This document shows positions 19,177 through 27,146 of a DNA stretch of 64,000 nt, piece by piece (the stretch's first letter is position 1; each line of letters starts with the position of its first letter). The DNA comes from an uncultured Planctomycetia bacterium (lineage in GTDB: Bacteria; Omnitrophota; Gorgyraeia; 2-01-FULL-45-10). The notes under the pieces were generated by a model. It was not told where the DNA came from. It was given only the letters and a program-made list of their open reading frames with translations, and searched no databases. The DNA lies in contig CAYGRZ010000004.1 of the NCBI GenBank assembly GCA_964352425.1, positions 2,647 through 66,646 on the forward strand, read 5' to 3'. Both the position numbers and the translations under genes were made by a program.

Positions 19177-19800
19177 TTATTTGTTCTTCGTGAACCTGAT
19201 GTTGTCTACGTAGATAACGCCCTTCTTGTTCGATGCGATCCTGTCTTCGAACACGACGACGAACTCGGTCAGATTCGAGAAATCGGTCAACCCCTTGAAC
19301 TCCTTCAGCGGGATGACGATATCCTGCCACGTATCGGTGACGCTGGTCACGTAGTAGCGGCCGATCTGCTTCGCGGTGTTCTTTAGCTCCACCTTGAAGA
19401 CGGTGGTGTAACCGACTTTGCCGTCACCTTTGACCCACAAAGCGACGTTGTCATACTTCGACGCATCGAAGTTCTGGAGCATCATCCAGAAACCGTTGTA
19501 CGCCGGGTTCTTGGACTCGACCGAATAGTCGAGCTTCATCGCGAAACCCGTCGAACCCTGCCTGTTGACGCTGTCAAACGCTTCGTTGCACCCCTGCGAG
19601 AAATCTGTGGGGTCTTTGTTCCACGCTCCGAAGTCACCTCCGATATTGTTCGGCTTCTCACCGCTGTTGAAGTCAGCGATAATGAACTCGTTCCCGCTGG
19701 CCTTTGCGGCAGCAGGCGCATCGGCTGCGCACGCGATGCCGGCCACGAGCACGACCGTCATGACCACTATCATGGCGGCATAGATACATCTCTTAACCAT
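19177..19800 (-). CDS. Secreted stand-alone CBM11-like carbohydrate-binding protein
   Basis: Strong RBS (AGGAGG) and signal peptide. IADFN..N.IGG..G.W, KLDY.V, NGFW, WVKGD..GYTTVFKVELK and GVIYVDNI.F; closely similar to the N-terminal domain of 6633..8699. Confidence 0.75.
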   Translation of the reverse strand: MVKRCIYAAMIVVMTVVLVAGIACAADAPAAAKASGNEFIIADFNSGEKPNNIGGDFGAWNKDPTDFSQGCNEAFDSVNRQGSTGFAMKLDYSVESKNPAYNGFWMMLQNFDASKYDNVALWVKGDGKVGYTTVFKVELKNTAKQIGRYYVTSVTDTWQDIVIPLKEFKGLTDFSNLTEFVVVFEDRIASNKKGVIYVDNIRFTKNK

Positions 19801-19830
19801 AACCTCCTCCTTTCTTTTTCTTTTTAAACC

Positions 19831-19896
19831 CTTCGACGCATCCCTGAGCTTAACTCCGGGGTATTTGCTCAGGGTTTATACTGAGCCGTGTCGAAG
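19831..19896. repeat. REP-like nested inverted repeat (cttcgac...ccctgagc...gctcaggg...ctgagc...gtcgaag) in the 5' leader
   Basis: Arms pair at 19831-19837/19890-19896 and at 19842-19849/19867-19874. Confidence 0.6.
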
Positions 19897-19915
19897 TATA
19901 AGTCTTTCACCACAG

Positions 19916-19950
19916 AGTATACTACAGGGCCCATTAAAAACAGGTTAGAA
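19916..19950 (-). promoter_or_regulatory. Putative promoter: -10 TATACT with a TT(C/T)TAA direct repeat (11-bp period) over the -35 region
   Basis: The minus strand reads ttctaa-cctgt-ttttaa (19950-19934), then TATACT (19921-19916). Confidence 0.45.
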
Positions 19951-20015
19951 GAATATTATAATTCTCTAATGTGGGGGGCGCCTTCAACCATATTTTTGGG
20001 ACAGTGCCTGACGTG

Positions 20016-21488
20016 CTAGGCTATAGGCAGGGTAACGGTGAACGTGGTGCCGGCGCTGTACCGGCTCTTCACCGTGATCGTGCCGCCGTGGGCGTCGACG
20101 ACCGACTTGACGATGCTGAGTCCCAGGCCGAACCCCTGGTCTGTCCTGGACTTGTCCGCGCGGTAGAAGCGGTCGAATACGTGGGCGAGGTGCTCTCCGG
20201 TCATGCCGATGCCGGTGTCCTGTATCTCTATCCTGGCCAGCCCGCCGTCCCGTGCGGCGCGTACCGTTATCATGCCGGAGGGGTTCGTGTACTTTACGGC
20301 GTTGTCGAGCAGGTTGAAGAAGAGCTGCTTCAGCTGCTGCTCGTCGGCCTTCACCATTATCCCGTCGGCTTTGATGACCCTTACCTCTATATCCTTCTTC
20401 AGGGCAAGCTTCCCGATCGTGTTGGCGATGCCCTGCACGAGGATGCCCAGGTCGAGGTCCCTGCGCTCCTGCAGGATCTTCTTCGATTCGAAGCTCGCCA
20501 GCATCAGCAGGTTGTCGACGAGGCGTATGATCTTGTTCGCTTCTTCAAGGCTCGACTTCAGGACCGCCTCATACTCTTCGGCTGAGCGCATCTTCTTCAG
20601 TATCACCTCGAACTCCCCCTTCATGACGGTGAGCGGCGTCTTCAGGTCATGGGAGAGGTCTTCGAACAGCCGTTTCTGCGAGGTGAAGGCGCTGTCGAGC
20701 CGTGCGAGCATATCGTTGAAGGTCTCGGCGAGCTTCTCTATCTCGTCGCGGGTGCCGGGCAGGGCGAGCTTCAGCTTCATATTCTCGGCGGTGATCGCGT
20801 GTATCGTCTTTATCATGCTGTCGACCGGCCGCAGCGTGATCGTCGCCAGGAGCGAGCCCATGATACCGGTCAGGAGCACCGTGAGCGGGAAGAGTATGAA
20901 GAGCGTGACCTTCATTGTATCGAGCGTCGTCTGGATCGAGGTTAAGGGGCTGGCGACCTCGACAACGTATTCGACGCGCTCATTCTGGACCGCGGGCGTG
21001 ATGAAAACGCGGAACCGGACGAGCTTCTTCGTCGGAAATGACGGCTCAAGCGTATCGAAGATCGATGTGCCGTCCAGGGCCGAGATAAAGACATCTTCGG
21101 AAATTCTCGCTATCCCCTGGGTATTCCTTGATGAGGCCACGACCGTACCGTCGGGGTCATAGATCTGGATGATGATGTCGAGGAGCTTCGGGTCCTTGTA
21201 GCGCTCCTGGACCCATTTCTGGGCTATCGTGGCGAAGTCTATCATCTCGTCCTTGGCGTACTGGTCCGGACCGGTGCCGTACCGCTTGGTGCCGAGCTTC
21301 TCGGTCGCCCAGTAGGTGTTGATAGCGTGGATGATGCCTTCGGCCTTTGAGCGCAGGAGCGTGTCCATGTTCTCGTGGAGGCTCATCCTGACGTAGTGGT
21401 GGAGGGCGGCGCTGAATACGGAAAGCGTCAGCGCCAGTATCGCCATATAGACGATCGTGATCTTGAAGCGGATGGATTTGTAGAACAT
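20016..21488 (-). CDS. Sensor histidine kinase (2 TMs, HAMP, HisKA, HATPase)
   Basis: H-box SHDLKTPL, N-box NLLDNAVKY, DTGIG, FDRFYR and GFGLGLSI. Confidence 0.95.
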   Translation of the reverse strand: MFYKSIRFKITIVYMAILALTLSVFSAALHHYVRMSLHENMDTLLRSKAEGIIHAINTYWATEKLGTKRYGTGPDQYAKDEMIDFATIAQKWVQERYKDPKLLDIIIQIYDPDGTVVASSRNTQGIARISEDVFISALDGTSIFDTLEPSFPTKKLVRFRVFITPAVQNERVEYVVEVASPLTSIQTTLDTMKVTLFILFPLTVLLTGIMGSLLATITLRPVDSMIKTIHAITAENMKLKLALPGTRDEIEKLAETFNDMLARLDSAFTSQKRLFEDLSHDLKTPLTVMKGEFEVILKKMRSAEEYEAVLKSSLEEANKIIRLVDNLLMLASFESKKILQERRDLDLGILVQGIANTIGKLALKKDIEVRVIKADGIMVKADEQQLKQLFFNLLDNAVKYTNPSGMITVRAARDGGLARIEIQDTGIGMTGEHLAHVFDRFYRADKSRTDQGFGLGLSIVKSVVDAHGGTITVKSRYSAGTTFTVTLPIA

Positions 21489-21512
21489 GCGAGGTGCTTA
21501 TGCCCTTTTCCT

Positions 21513-22181
21513 TTATTCTTTCAGAATGTATCCCCTGCCGCGGACCGTCTGGATCAGCTTCTTGTCGAAGTCAGAGTCTATCTTATTGCGCAGGTAATTT
21601 ATGTAAACGTCGATGACGTTCGTGAAGGTGTCGAAATCGATGTCCCAGACGTGCTCGGATATCATCGTCCTCGTGACGATCGTGTTCTTGTTGCGCATCA
21701 GATATTCGAGCAGGGAATATTCTTTGGCGGTCAGCTCGATCTGCCTGGCGCCGCGGGTGACCTTGTGCGTCAAAAGGTCGAGCGCCAGATCCCCCGCCAG
21801 GAGATTCGTGGCCGCCTGCGGGCCCTTCTTCCTTAATATGGCGCGGACGCGCGCCAGCAATTCTTCGAACGCGAACGGTTTCGTGATATAGTCGTCGGCG
21901 CCGGAATCGAGGCCGGTGACCTTGTCCTGGACGGAGGTCTTCGCGGTGAGCATGATGACGGGCGCGGCAGTTCTCTTCTCTTTGAGGGTTCTGCAGACGG
22001 CCATGCCGTCCATCTTCGGGAGCATCAGGTCGAGCAGGATGAGGTCGTAGTCGTTCGTCGTGGCCAGGAAGAGCCCCTGCTCGCCGTCATACGCCACGTC
22101 GACGGCGTAGCCCTCCTCTTTCAGGCCGCGCTTCACGAAATCGGCGATCTTCTTTTCGTCTTCGATGACAAGGATGCGCAC
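21513..22181 (-). CDS. OmpR-family response regulator (start corrected to GTG 22181)
   Basis: VRILVIEDE, LLDLMLP, MLTA, GADDYITKPF and the winged helix ...TVRGRGY. The track extension to 22406 overlaps the upstream gene. Confidence 0.95.
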   Translation of the reverse strand: MRILVIEDEKKIADFVKRGLKEEGYAVDVAYDGEQGLFLATTNDYDLILLDLMLPKMDGMAVCRTLKEKRTAAPVIMLTAKTSVQDKVTGLDSGADDYITKPFAFEELLARVRAILRKKGPQAATNLLAGDLALDLLTHKVTRGARQIELTAKEYSLLEYLMRNKNTIVTRTMISEHVWDIDFDTFTNVIDVYINYLRNKIDSDFDKKLIQTVRGRGYILKE

Positions 22182-22183
22182 TG

Positions 22184-23509
22184 CTAGTAACTCTTCTCGC
22201 CCTTCAGCAGGCTGTCGACTTTTCCCTTGAAAGCCTTCACGGCCTCTTCGACGGTCTTTGTGCCGCTGAAGACGAGGTCCCACTCCGGTATGATGTACAT
22301 CTCCCTGGCCTCCCGCCACGACCCGCTGAACGGCTCGTAGACGACGTAGCGCATGGCGTCGTTCAGCATCTTCTTGTTGTGGGGGACCTTGCCGTCGTAG
22401 GCCCACAGGTTCGACATCGCTATTGTCATGATCGCCGGCTGCGCCAGGCCCGTCTCCGCGAGCTTCATCTGCGCTGCCCGCCCGGTGAGCGCCTTGATGA
22501 CCTCAAAGGCCTCCTTCGGGTGTTTCGTATCCTTCAATATGCAGTAACCGGAGCCGCCCGTGCCGAAGCCGCGCTTGCCATTGGGGCCCCTCGGGAACAT
22601 CGCGACGTCCCAGTCGAATTCCGTTATCTTCCGCAGGCCCGGCGTCTCCCATATACCCGACGAGAACATCGCCAGGCGCCCCGTCATGAACATGCCCTGG
22701 ACCCCCATCGCCATATTGCTCATCGTCACCGACGACGGCTGGACTTTGTATTTGTTGATGAGGTCTGTGTAGAACTGCATGCCGGCGAGAGCCTCTTTCG
22801 AGCCGAGCGTGCACTCGGTCGGGTTCTTCACGTTGTTGACGAGCGTCCCGCCGAACGCGTAGACGAAGTTCTGCCAGGCCCACGCGTAGAAGCCGTACTG
22901 GGTGACGCGCCCATCCTTGTCGAGCCTGGTGAGCTTCTTTGCCTTATCGAGCATGTCGTTTACATCCCAACCGTCATCCGGATACGGGATGCCCGCTTCG
23001 TCGAAGAGCTTCTTGTTGTAGTAGACGCAGGCGAACGGCGCGGTGTCGCGCGGTATCGAATAGAGCTTCCCGCCGACGGTAAAACGGTTGATGATCTCAG
23101 GGTAGAACTCCTGGAGCTTGAAGTCGGGGTCGCCGGTGACATACGGGGTGAGGTCTAAGAGGACATCCTTGGTCTGGAACGTGACGAAGAGGTCGACCTC
23201 GGTGCAGATGATATCCGGCGCCGCGCGGCCGGCGATGCGTGTCAAGAGCTTATCGATGTAGCCGCGGTACGGTGTGTGCTCGAGCCGCACGATGATGCCG
23301 GGATGGGACGCCTGCCATGCGCTGATGATATCGCTTGTGATATTCACTTCGTCGGGCGCGCCCCAGAAGGCGACCTTTATCTCGACGGGGCCGGGGAGCC
23401 CTGCGCCGCCTTTCGGAGACGGAGCCTCTTTACTGCCGCATCCGGAAAAAACGAGCACCAGTGACAGCGCTGCCACCAGGAAGGACGCGTGCGACTTTCG
23501 TATTCTCAC
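22184..23509 (-). CDS. Sugar ABC transporter substrate-binding lipoprotein
   Basis: Lipobox FSGC, G.APDI, YYNKKLF.EAGI.YP, F.TG.LAM and WDVA.FP. Confidence 0.92.
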   Translation of the reverse strand: MRIRKSHASFLVAALSLVLVFSGCGSKEAPSPKGGAGLPGPVEIKVAFWGAPDEVNITSDIISAWQASHPGIIVRLEHTPYRGYIDKLLTRIAGRAAPDIICTEVDLFVTFQTKDVLLDLTPYVTGDPDFKLQEFYPEIINRFTVGGKLYSIPRDTAPFACVYYNKKLFDEAGIPYPDDGWDVNDMLDKAKKLTRLDKDGRVTQYGFYAWAWQNFVYAFGGTLVNNVKNPTECTLGSKEALAGMQFYTDLINKYKVQPSSVTMSNMAMGVQGMFMTGRLAMFSSGIWETPGLRKITEFDWDVAMFPRGPNGKRGFGTGGSGYCILKDTKHPKEAFEVIKALTGRAAQMKLAETGLAQPAIMTIAMSNLWAYDGKVPHNKKMLNDAMRYVVYEPFSGSWREAREMYIIPEWDLVFSGTKTVEEAVKAFKGKVDSLLKGEKSY

Positions 23510-23538
23510 CCCGTATGATCCTTTCCTTTATGCCGATG

Positions 23539-25017
23539 TTACATGAAGAAGTAGACTTTAAAATAAACCGTTGGCAGGAAATCGTCGATATTGTAGAAGT
23601 GGTTGCCGCGCACACCGACGTCGACCCGTATGACGCCGGGCGCATAATATTCGAGGCCCGCCAGCCATCCGATATTATCAAAATCAGACATATTGAGACC
23701 GGCGCTGAGATCGAACCCTGCCTGGACCCACAACTTGTCATAGACCCTGTACTGGGCTCTCGATTCCCAGGTAAGGGCCAGAGCCGTGACGTCGAACGGA
23801 GCCGGGAGCGGCATGCCACCTGCATACCCCGGAGGAGCAGCCCACCACGCATTATCCTGGGAATTAGTGTGGCCTAATGCGTATTTCAGCATGGTGTAGC
23901 CTTTGAACCTGTCATTGAAGTCGTGGCCGACACGGCCCGATATCTCGTATTTTTCATATATGTTGCTGAACGGCGAATAGACGTCGATCGAATAGCTGAA
24001 CCGGCCTGTGTAGCTGGTCTTCATGTCTTTCGATTTGAGCCTCAGCTCGCCGGCGATAAGATAATGGTCGGGCTTATACGCCCAATCGCAATTGTAATGA
24101 TTGGATTTAAAATACTCACCCTGAGCGAAGAGTTCGCAGCGGGGGTTCGGCGCGAGCGCCTGATTGATATAGTAGGTGCTTCTATATTCCGTCGACGAAT
24201 GGAAATCCCAGTTATGCAGGGTATCGAATGATTTTTGATTTATATTCGAGAACCGGTACCCTATATTGGACGTGTACATCCACCCGATGGGATCGATCTT
24301 GTCCATCGAGATTATCGAGATGTCGTGCTGGAACCAGTTTGAGGCTTTGAGGTCGGGATATTTCGGATAGTATTCCCTGTACACATCGCGGTAATCCAGG
24401 GTATACCGTATCTGGCCTTGCGTGTCACTCTTGGATGCATTCGGATCGCTTACCGTGAACTCGGTACCGTAGGCCCGCACGGCAAGCGGCACGATGATAC
24501 TTCGGTAATTAGCATGCGTCATCTCTACGCTATTTTGCCGCCAGCGATGGAAATCACTCCATATATACTGCATCTCTTTCGCCATGATCATATAGGCGTC
24601 GATCGGCTTCGGCTCGTTGTATATCTCGATCCTCTGGCCGACGCCTATCGATGGGCTCTTCAGGATCTTTTCGGGTATCTTCACACCGGCGAATGTCTCG
24701 TACGATACCTCGGTGCCTATCCTGTTGGGGTCTATCTTCTTAAGGACATATATCTCTTGCGGCTGTTCGACGGTGGGCAGGTCGATCTTCTCCGCCGGCT
24801 GGCTCAGGGTAAGCTCCTGCTTGGCGTCCGCAGGCTGGCGTGCGGGTTGGGACGGCGCCGGTTGACTCGGCGAGCTCTCTTGGGTGCTCTGAGCCGTCTT
24901 GGTCAGGTTGAGTTCGTCATAATTCTCGGCAGCTGCGAGAGTTATAAAAATAACGGCATACAGGCATGAGATGAAGGTAATGGCGTTGAAGATGGCGCGG
25001 TATTCCTGTCTTCCCAT
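23539..25017 (-). CDS. Hypothetical secreted protein, probable outer-membrane beta-barrel
   Basis: Signal-like N-terminus and a Q/P linker; alternating aromatic beta-strand pattern in the C-terminal half; ends TVYFKVYFFM. Confidence 0.5.
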   Translation of the reverse strand: MGRQEYRAIFNAITFISCLYAVIFITLAAAENYDELNLTKTAQSTQESSPSQPAPSQPARQPADAKQELTLSQPAEKIDLPTVEQPQEIYVLKKIDPNRIGTEVSYETFAGVKIPEKILKSPSIGVGQRIEIYNEPKPIDAYMIMAKEMQYIWSDFHRWRQNSVEMTHANYRSIIVPLAVRAYGTEFTVSDPNASKSDTQGQIRYTLDYRDVYREYYPKYPDLKASNWFQHDISIISMDKIDPIGWMYTSNIGYRFSNINQKSFDTLHNWDFHSSTEYRSTYYINQALAPNPRCELFAQGEYFKSNHYNCDWAYKPDHYLIAGELRLKSKDMKTSYTGRFSYSIDVYSPFSNIYEKYEISGRVGHDFNDRFKGYTMLKYALGHTNSQDNAWWAAPPGYAGGMPLPAPFDVTALALTWESRAQYRVYDKLWVQAGFDLSAGLNMSDFDNIGWLAGLEYYAPGVIRVDVGVRGNHFYNIDDFLPTVYFKVYFFM

Positions 25018-25088
25018 CGGGTCTTCCCCCTTATCGGTTAGATACCAGTATAGTAATATTATGTTCTAATAACATACCTGCATTATCG

Positions 25089-26366
25089 CTATTTGTCAAA
25101 TTTATTTTCGGTTTTACCGGCACTCGTGTCTTTGACGGTGAGGCAGAGGGCTATCCACTTTTTTACGGCATCCAGCCGCATGAACTCGCTCCAGATAAGA
25201 GACGTCCTGTAGTTCTCGATCATGAGAAGCGTGATCCCCACGTCTATGCCGAGATACTCTTCCGCCCACCACCCCTTATCGAGGTTAAAGGCATCCTTGA
25301 AGCCGTATTTGCCGTACAGGAAGTTCTTATGTTGTTCGTGGAGGTTCTTCAGGCCGGCGATCGATGCCTGCCAGTCAAAGACGATCGAACCTGCCATCGC
25401 GCAGGGCGCGATCGTGCCGTCATTCAGGGCCGCGCCGGGTTTGGCGCCGTATCCCTTGTAGCCTTCCGGCCCGAGGCAGGCTGTCAGCCCCCACGAGTTC
25501 TCATCGTATGTCGTGTAGCTGACGGCATTGTCCGCGCAGAAGGCGCGGTTCGCCTTGACCGCGTTGACCGAATTCTCGAAATAGTTTATGCCGCCGTCGT
25601 AGAGGTTGCGGAAGTCGATGAAGGCGTGCGAATACTGGTACGTGAAGAGGCTCCCCGTATAGCAATAGACGACCTTGAAATCTTTGTACGTATCCACGGG
25701 CCGCGCCCACGCCTTCCATGACTCGGCCGGGATCGGATGGGTCGGGGAACCTATCGCGAGGGCGTAGAGTATCATCGCCTCGCTGTACGAGTCCCAGTAA
25801 TACCACAGGAAACCCGATTCCGGTCTCCAGCCCATACACAGGACGGACTTACCGTTCAGCATCCACGGCCAGTCGACCCGCTCGTAGATCTGCCGTGCTA
25901 TCAGCTGGGCCTCTGTCCCCTTAAAATGTTCGCCCGCGTAAAGCGCGCCGGCGATGAAGAGCGCGGTGTCGATCGATGAGACCTCGGAATTCCACGTCCT
26001 TGAGCCCGTACGCATATCGAGGAAATGGTAGAGAAAGCCGTGCTCGTTCGGGACGACGTCCCTGAAGGTCTTCAGCGTCGTTAAGATCCGCTCGTACGCC
26101 TTCTCGCGGTCTATCCAGCCGCGCGATTCGCCGACGCATATCGCGGCGAGGCCGAAGCCCACCGCCGCGACGCTGCAGGGCGCCCCGGGGCGGGAGCTGT
26201 CCTTGATAAGGCCGTTGGCGGGGTTCGCCTGCTGCGCGAAATAGAGGATCGAGTCGTACTCGAGCCGGTCGAGAAATCTTTCGTCGGGAGTGGAAGCTTC
26301 GAGAGGGCAGGCATATCCGAGTACGAGCGATACGGATACCAAAAGGGCTACGGTCTTCAGGGTCAT
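25089..26366 (-). CDS. Secreted GH144-like endo-beta-1,2-glucanase (start corrected to ATG 26366)
   Basis: ATGA overlap with the upstream stop and a signal peptide. Motifs: SVAAVGFGL, HGFLYHF, EVSSIDTALF, YERVDW, MGWRPE.GF, YSE..ILY.LAIGSPTHP, LFTYQYSH, WGLTA, DGTIAP, GKYGFKDAFN and GIDVG. Confidence 0.87.
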   Translation of the reverse strand: MTLKTVALLVSVSLVLGYACPLEASTPDERFLDRLEYDSILYFAQQANPANGLIKDSSRPGAPCSVAAVGFGLAAICVGESRGWIDREKAYERILTTLKTFRDVVPNEHGFLYHFLDMRTGSRTWNSEVSSIDTALFIAGALYAGEHFKGTEAQLIARQIYERVDWPWMLNGKSVLCMGWRPESGFLWYYWDSYSEAMILYALAIGSPTHPIPAESWKAWARPVDTYKDFKVVYCYTGSLFTYQYSHAFIDFRNLYDGGINYFENSVNAVKANRAFCADNAVSYTTYDENSWGLTACLGPEGYKGYGAKPGAALNDGTIAPCAMAGSIVFDWQASIAGLKNLHEQHKNFLYGKYGFKDAFNLDKGWWAEEYLGIDVGITLLMIENYRTSLIWSEFMRLDAVKKWIALCLTVKDTSAGKTENKFDK

Positions 26367-27031
26367 GTCTTGTACTTCGCCAGGACGGCGTCTATCTCCT
26401 TTATCGCCTGCCTCATCGCGTCGGCGTCCTGGCCCTTCACCTGGCCCAGACATGCGCCCATCTTTGATTCGAGCGCCGCGGTAGCCGCTTTTATCCTGCC
26501 AAAATCGCTCTGGAGCGAATCGACCATCGACTCCAGCGCGCCGGCCGTGTCCTTCATCTCGTCCGATTTCCGCAGGCGGAAACTGACGCGAAGGTCGCCG
26601 CCCTGTATGGCAGCGGCCGAGCGCTCTATCCGGTACATGGGGCCGGCGATCTTATGCGAGAAGAATATGCCGGCGATGAAGATGAGGACGAAGAGTATTA
26701 TTATCTTGGGAAGGAGCGACCGGTTGACCGAATGGAGCGCGTCCTTGATCGCCGCGCGTTCCCGCTCGCTCAGGAGCTCCGCCTCCCTGAATATCCGCTC
26801 GAGGCGGTAGTCGCCCTTCTGGTACCTGGCCTGCTCGTAGTCGGCAATGCGACGCGCGGTCTCGAGGTTCTGGGAGACCTTGAACTTCGAGAAATTCTCG
26901 ATGATCGAACCCCACATGCCCAGGTACAGGCCCAGGAAGCTTGCGGCCATCACGACCACGAGCATTCCCACGATCATGAAGGTATATTTGAGCTGGAACT
27001 CTTTCTTGATGAGATAATTCCTGCGCTTCAT
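26363..27031 (-). CDS. Small 2-TM HAMP-domain membrane protein
   Basis: RRNYLIKKEFQ.KY and two TMs, then SHKIAGPMYR...GDL....LRK.DE (HAMP) and a coiled-coil tail. Confidence 0.75.
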   Translation of the reverse strand: MKRRNYLIKKEFQLKYTFMIVGMLVVVMAASFLGLYLGMWGSIIENFSKFKVSQNLETARRIADYEQARYQKGDYRLERIFREAELLSERERAAIKDALHSVNRSLLPKIIILFVLIFIAGIFFSHKIAGPMYRIERSAAAIQGGDLRVSFRLRKSDEMKDTAGALESMVDSLQSDFGRIKAATAALESKMGACLGQVKGQDADAMRQAIKEIDAVLAKYKT

Positions 27032-27058
27032 ATTCCCCTCCCGTATTTAGTGCTCATG

Positions 27059-27067
27059 ATTATATCA
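27059..27067 (-). promoter_or_regulatory. Extended -10 element TGATATAAT
   Basis: The + strand reads attatatca, immediately downstream of the terminator and upstream of the GGGAGG RBS. Confidence 0.55.
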
Positions 27068-27077
27068 TACTGGCATA

Positions 27078-27117
27078 AATAAACAAGGGGTCAGGCCCCG
27101 CAATGGGCCTGACCCCT
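27078..27117 (-). terminator. Rho-independent terminator after the 2656-aa gene
   Basis: 13-bp GC stem (aggggtcaggccc / gggcctgacccct) followed by TGTTTATT on the minus strand. Confidence 0.8.
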
Positions 27118-27146
27118 GTCAGTAGTGAACGGCCAGTCAGTATGTG

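Noticed and set aside
19106-19330. N-terminal extension of the 838-aa track ORF
   Set aside because: It overlaps the upstream CBM gene and the hairpin; ATG 19105 gives an RBS and a signal peptide.
20016-22181. Heavy-metal (CusRS/CzcRS) assignment for the two-component system
   Set aside because: The regulator resembles that subfamily, but no metal-resistance genes are nearby and the context is carbohydrate metabolism; specificity cannot be assigned.
22182-22406. N-terminal extension of the response regulator
   Set aside because: It overlaps the binding-protein gene; the receiver domain starts at GTG 22181.
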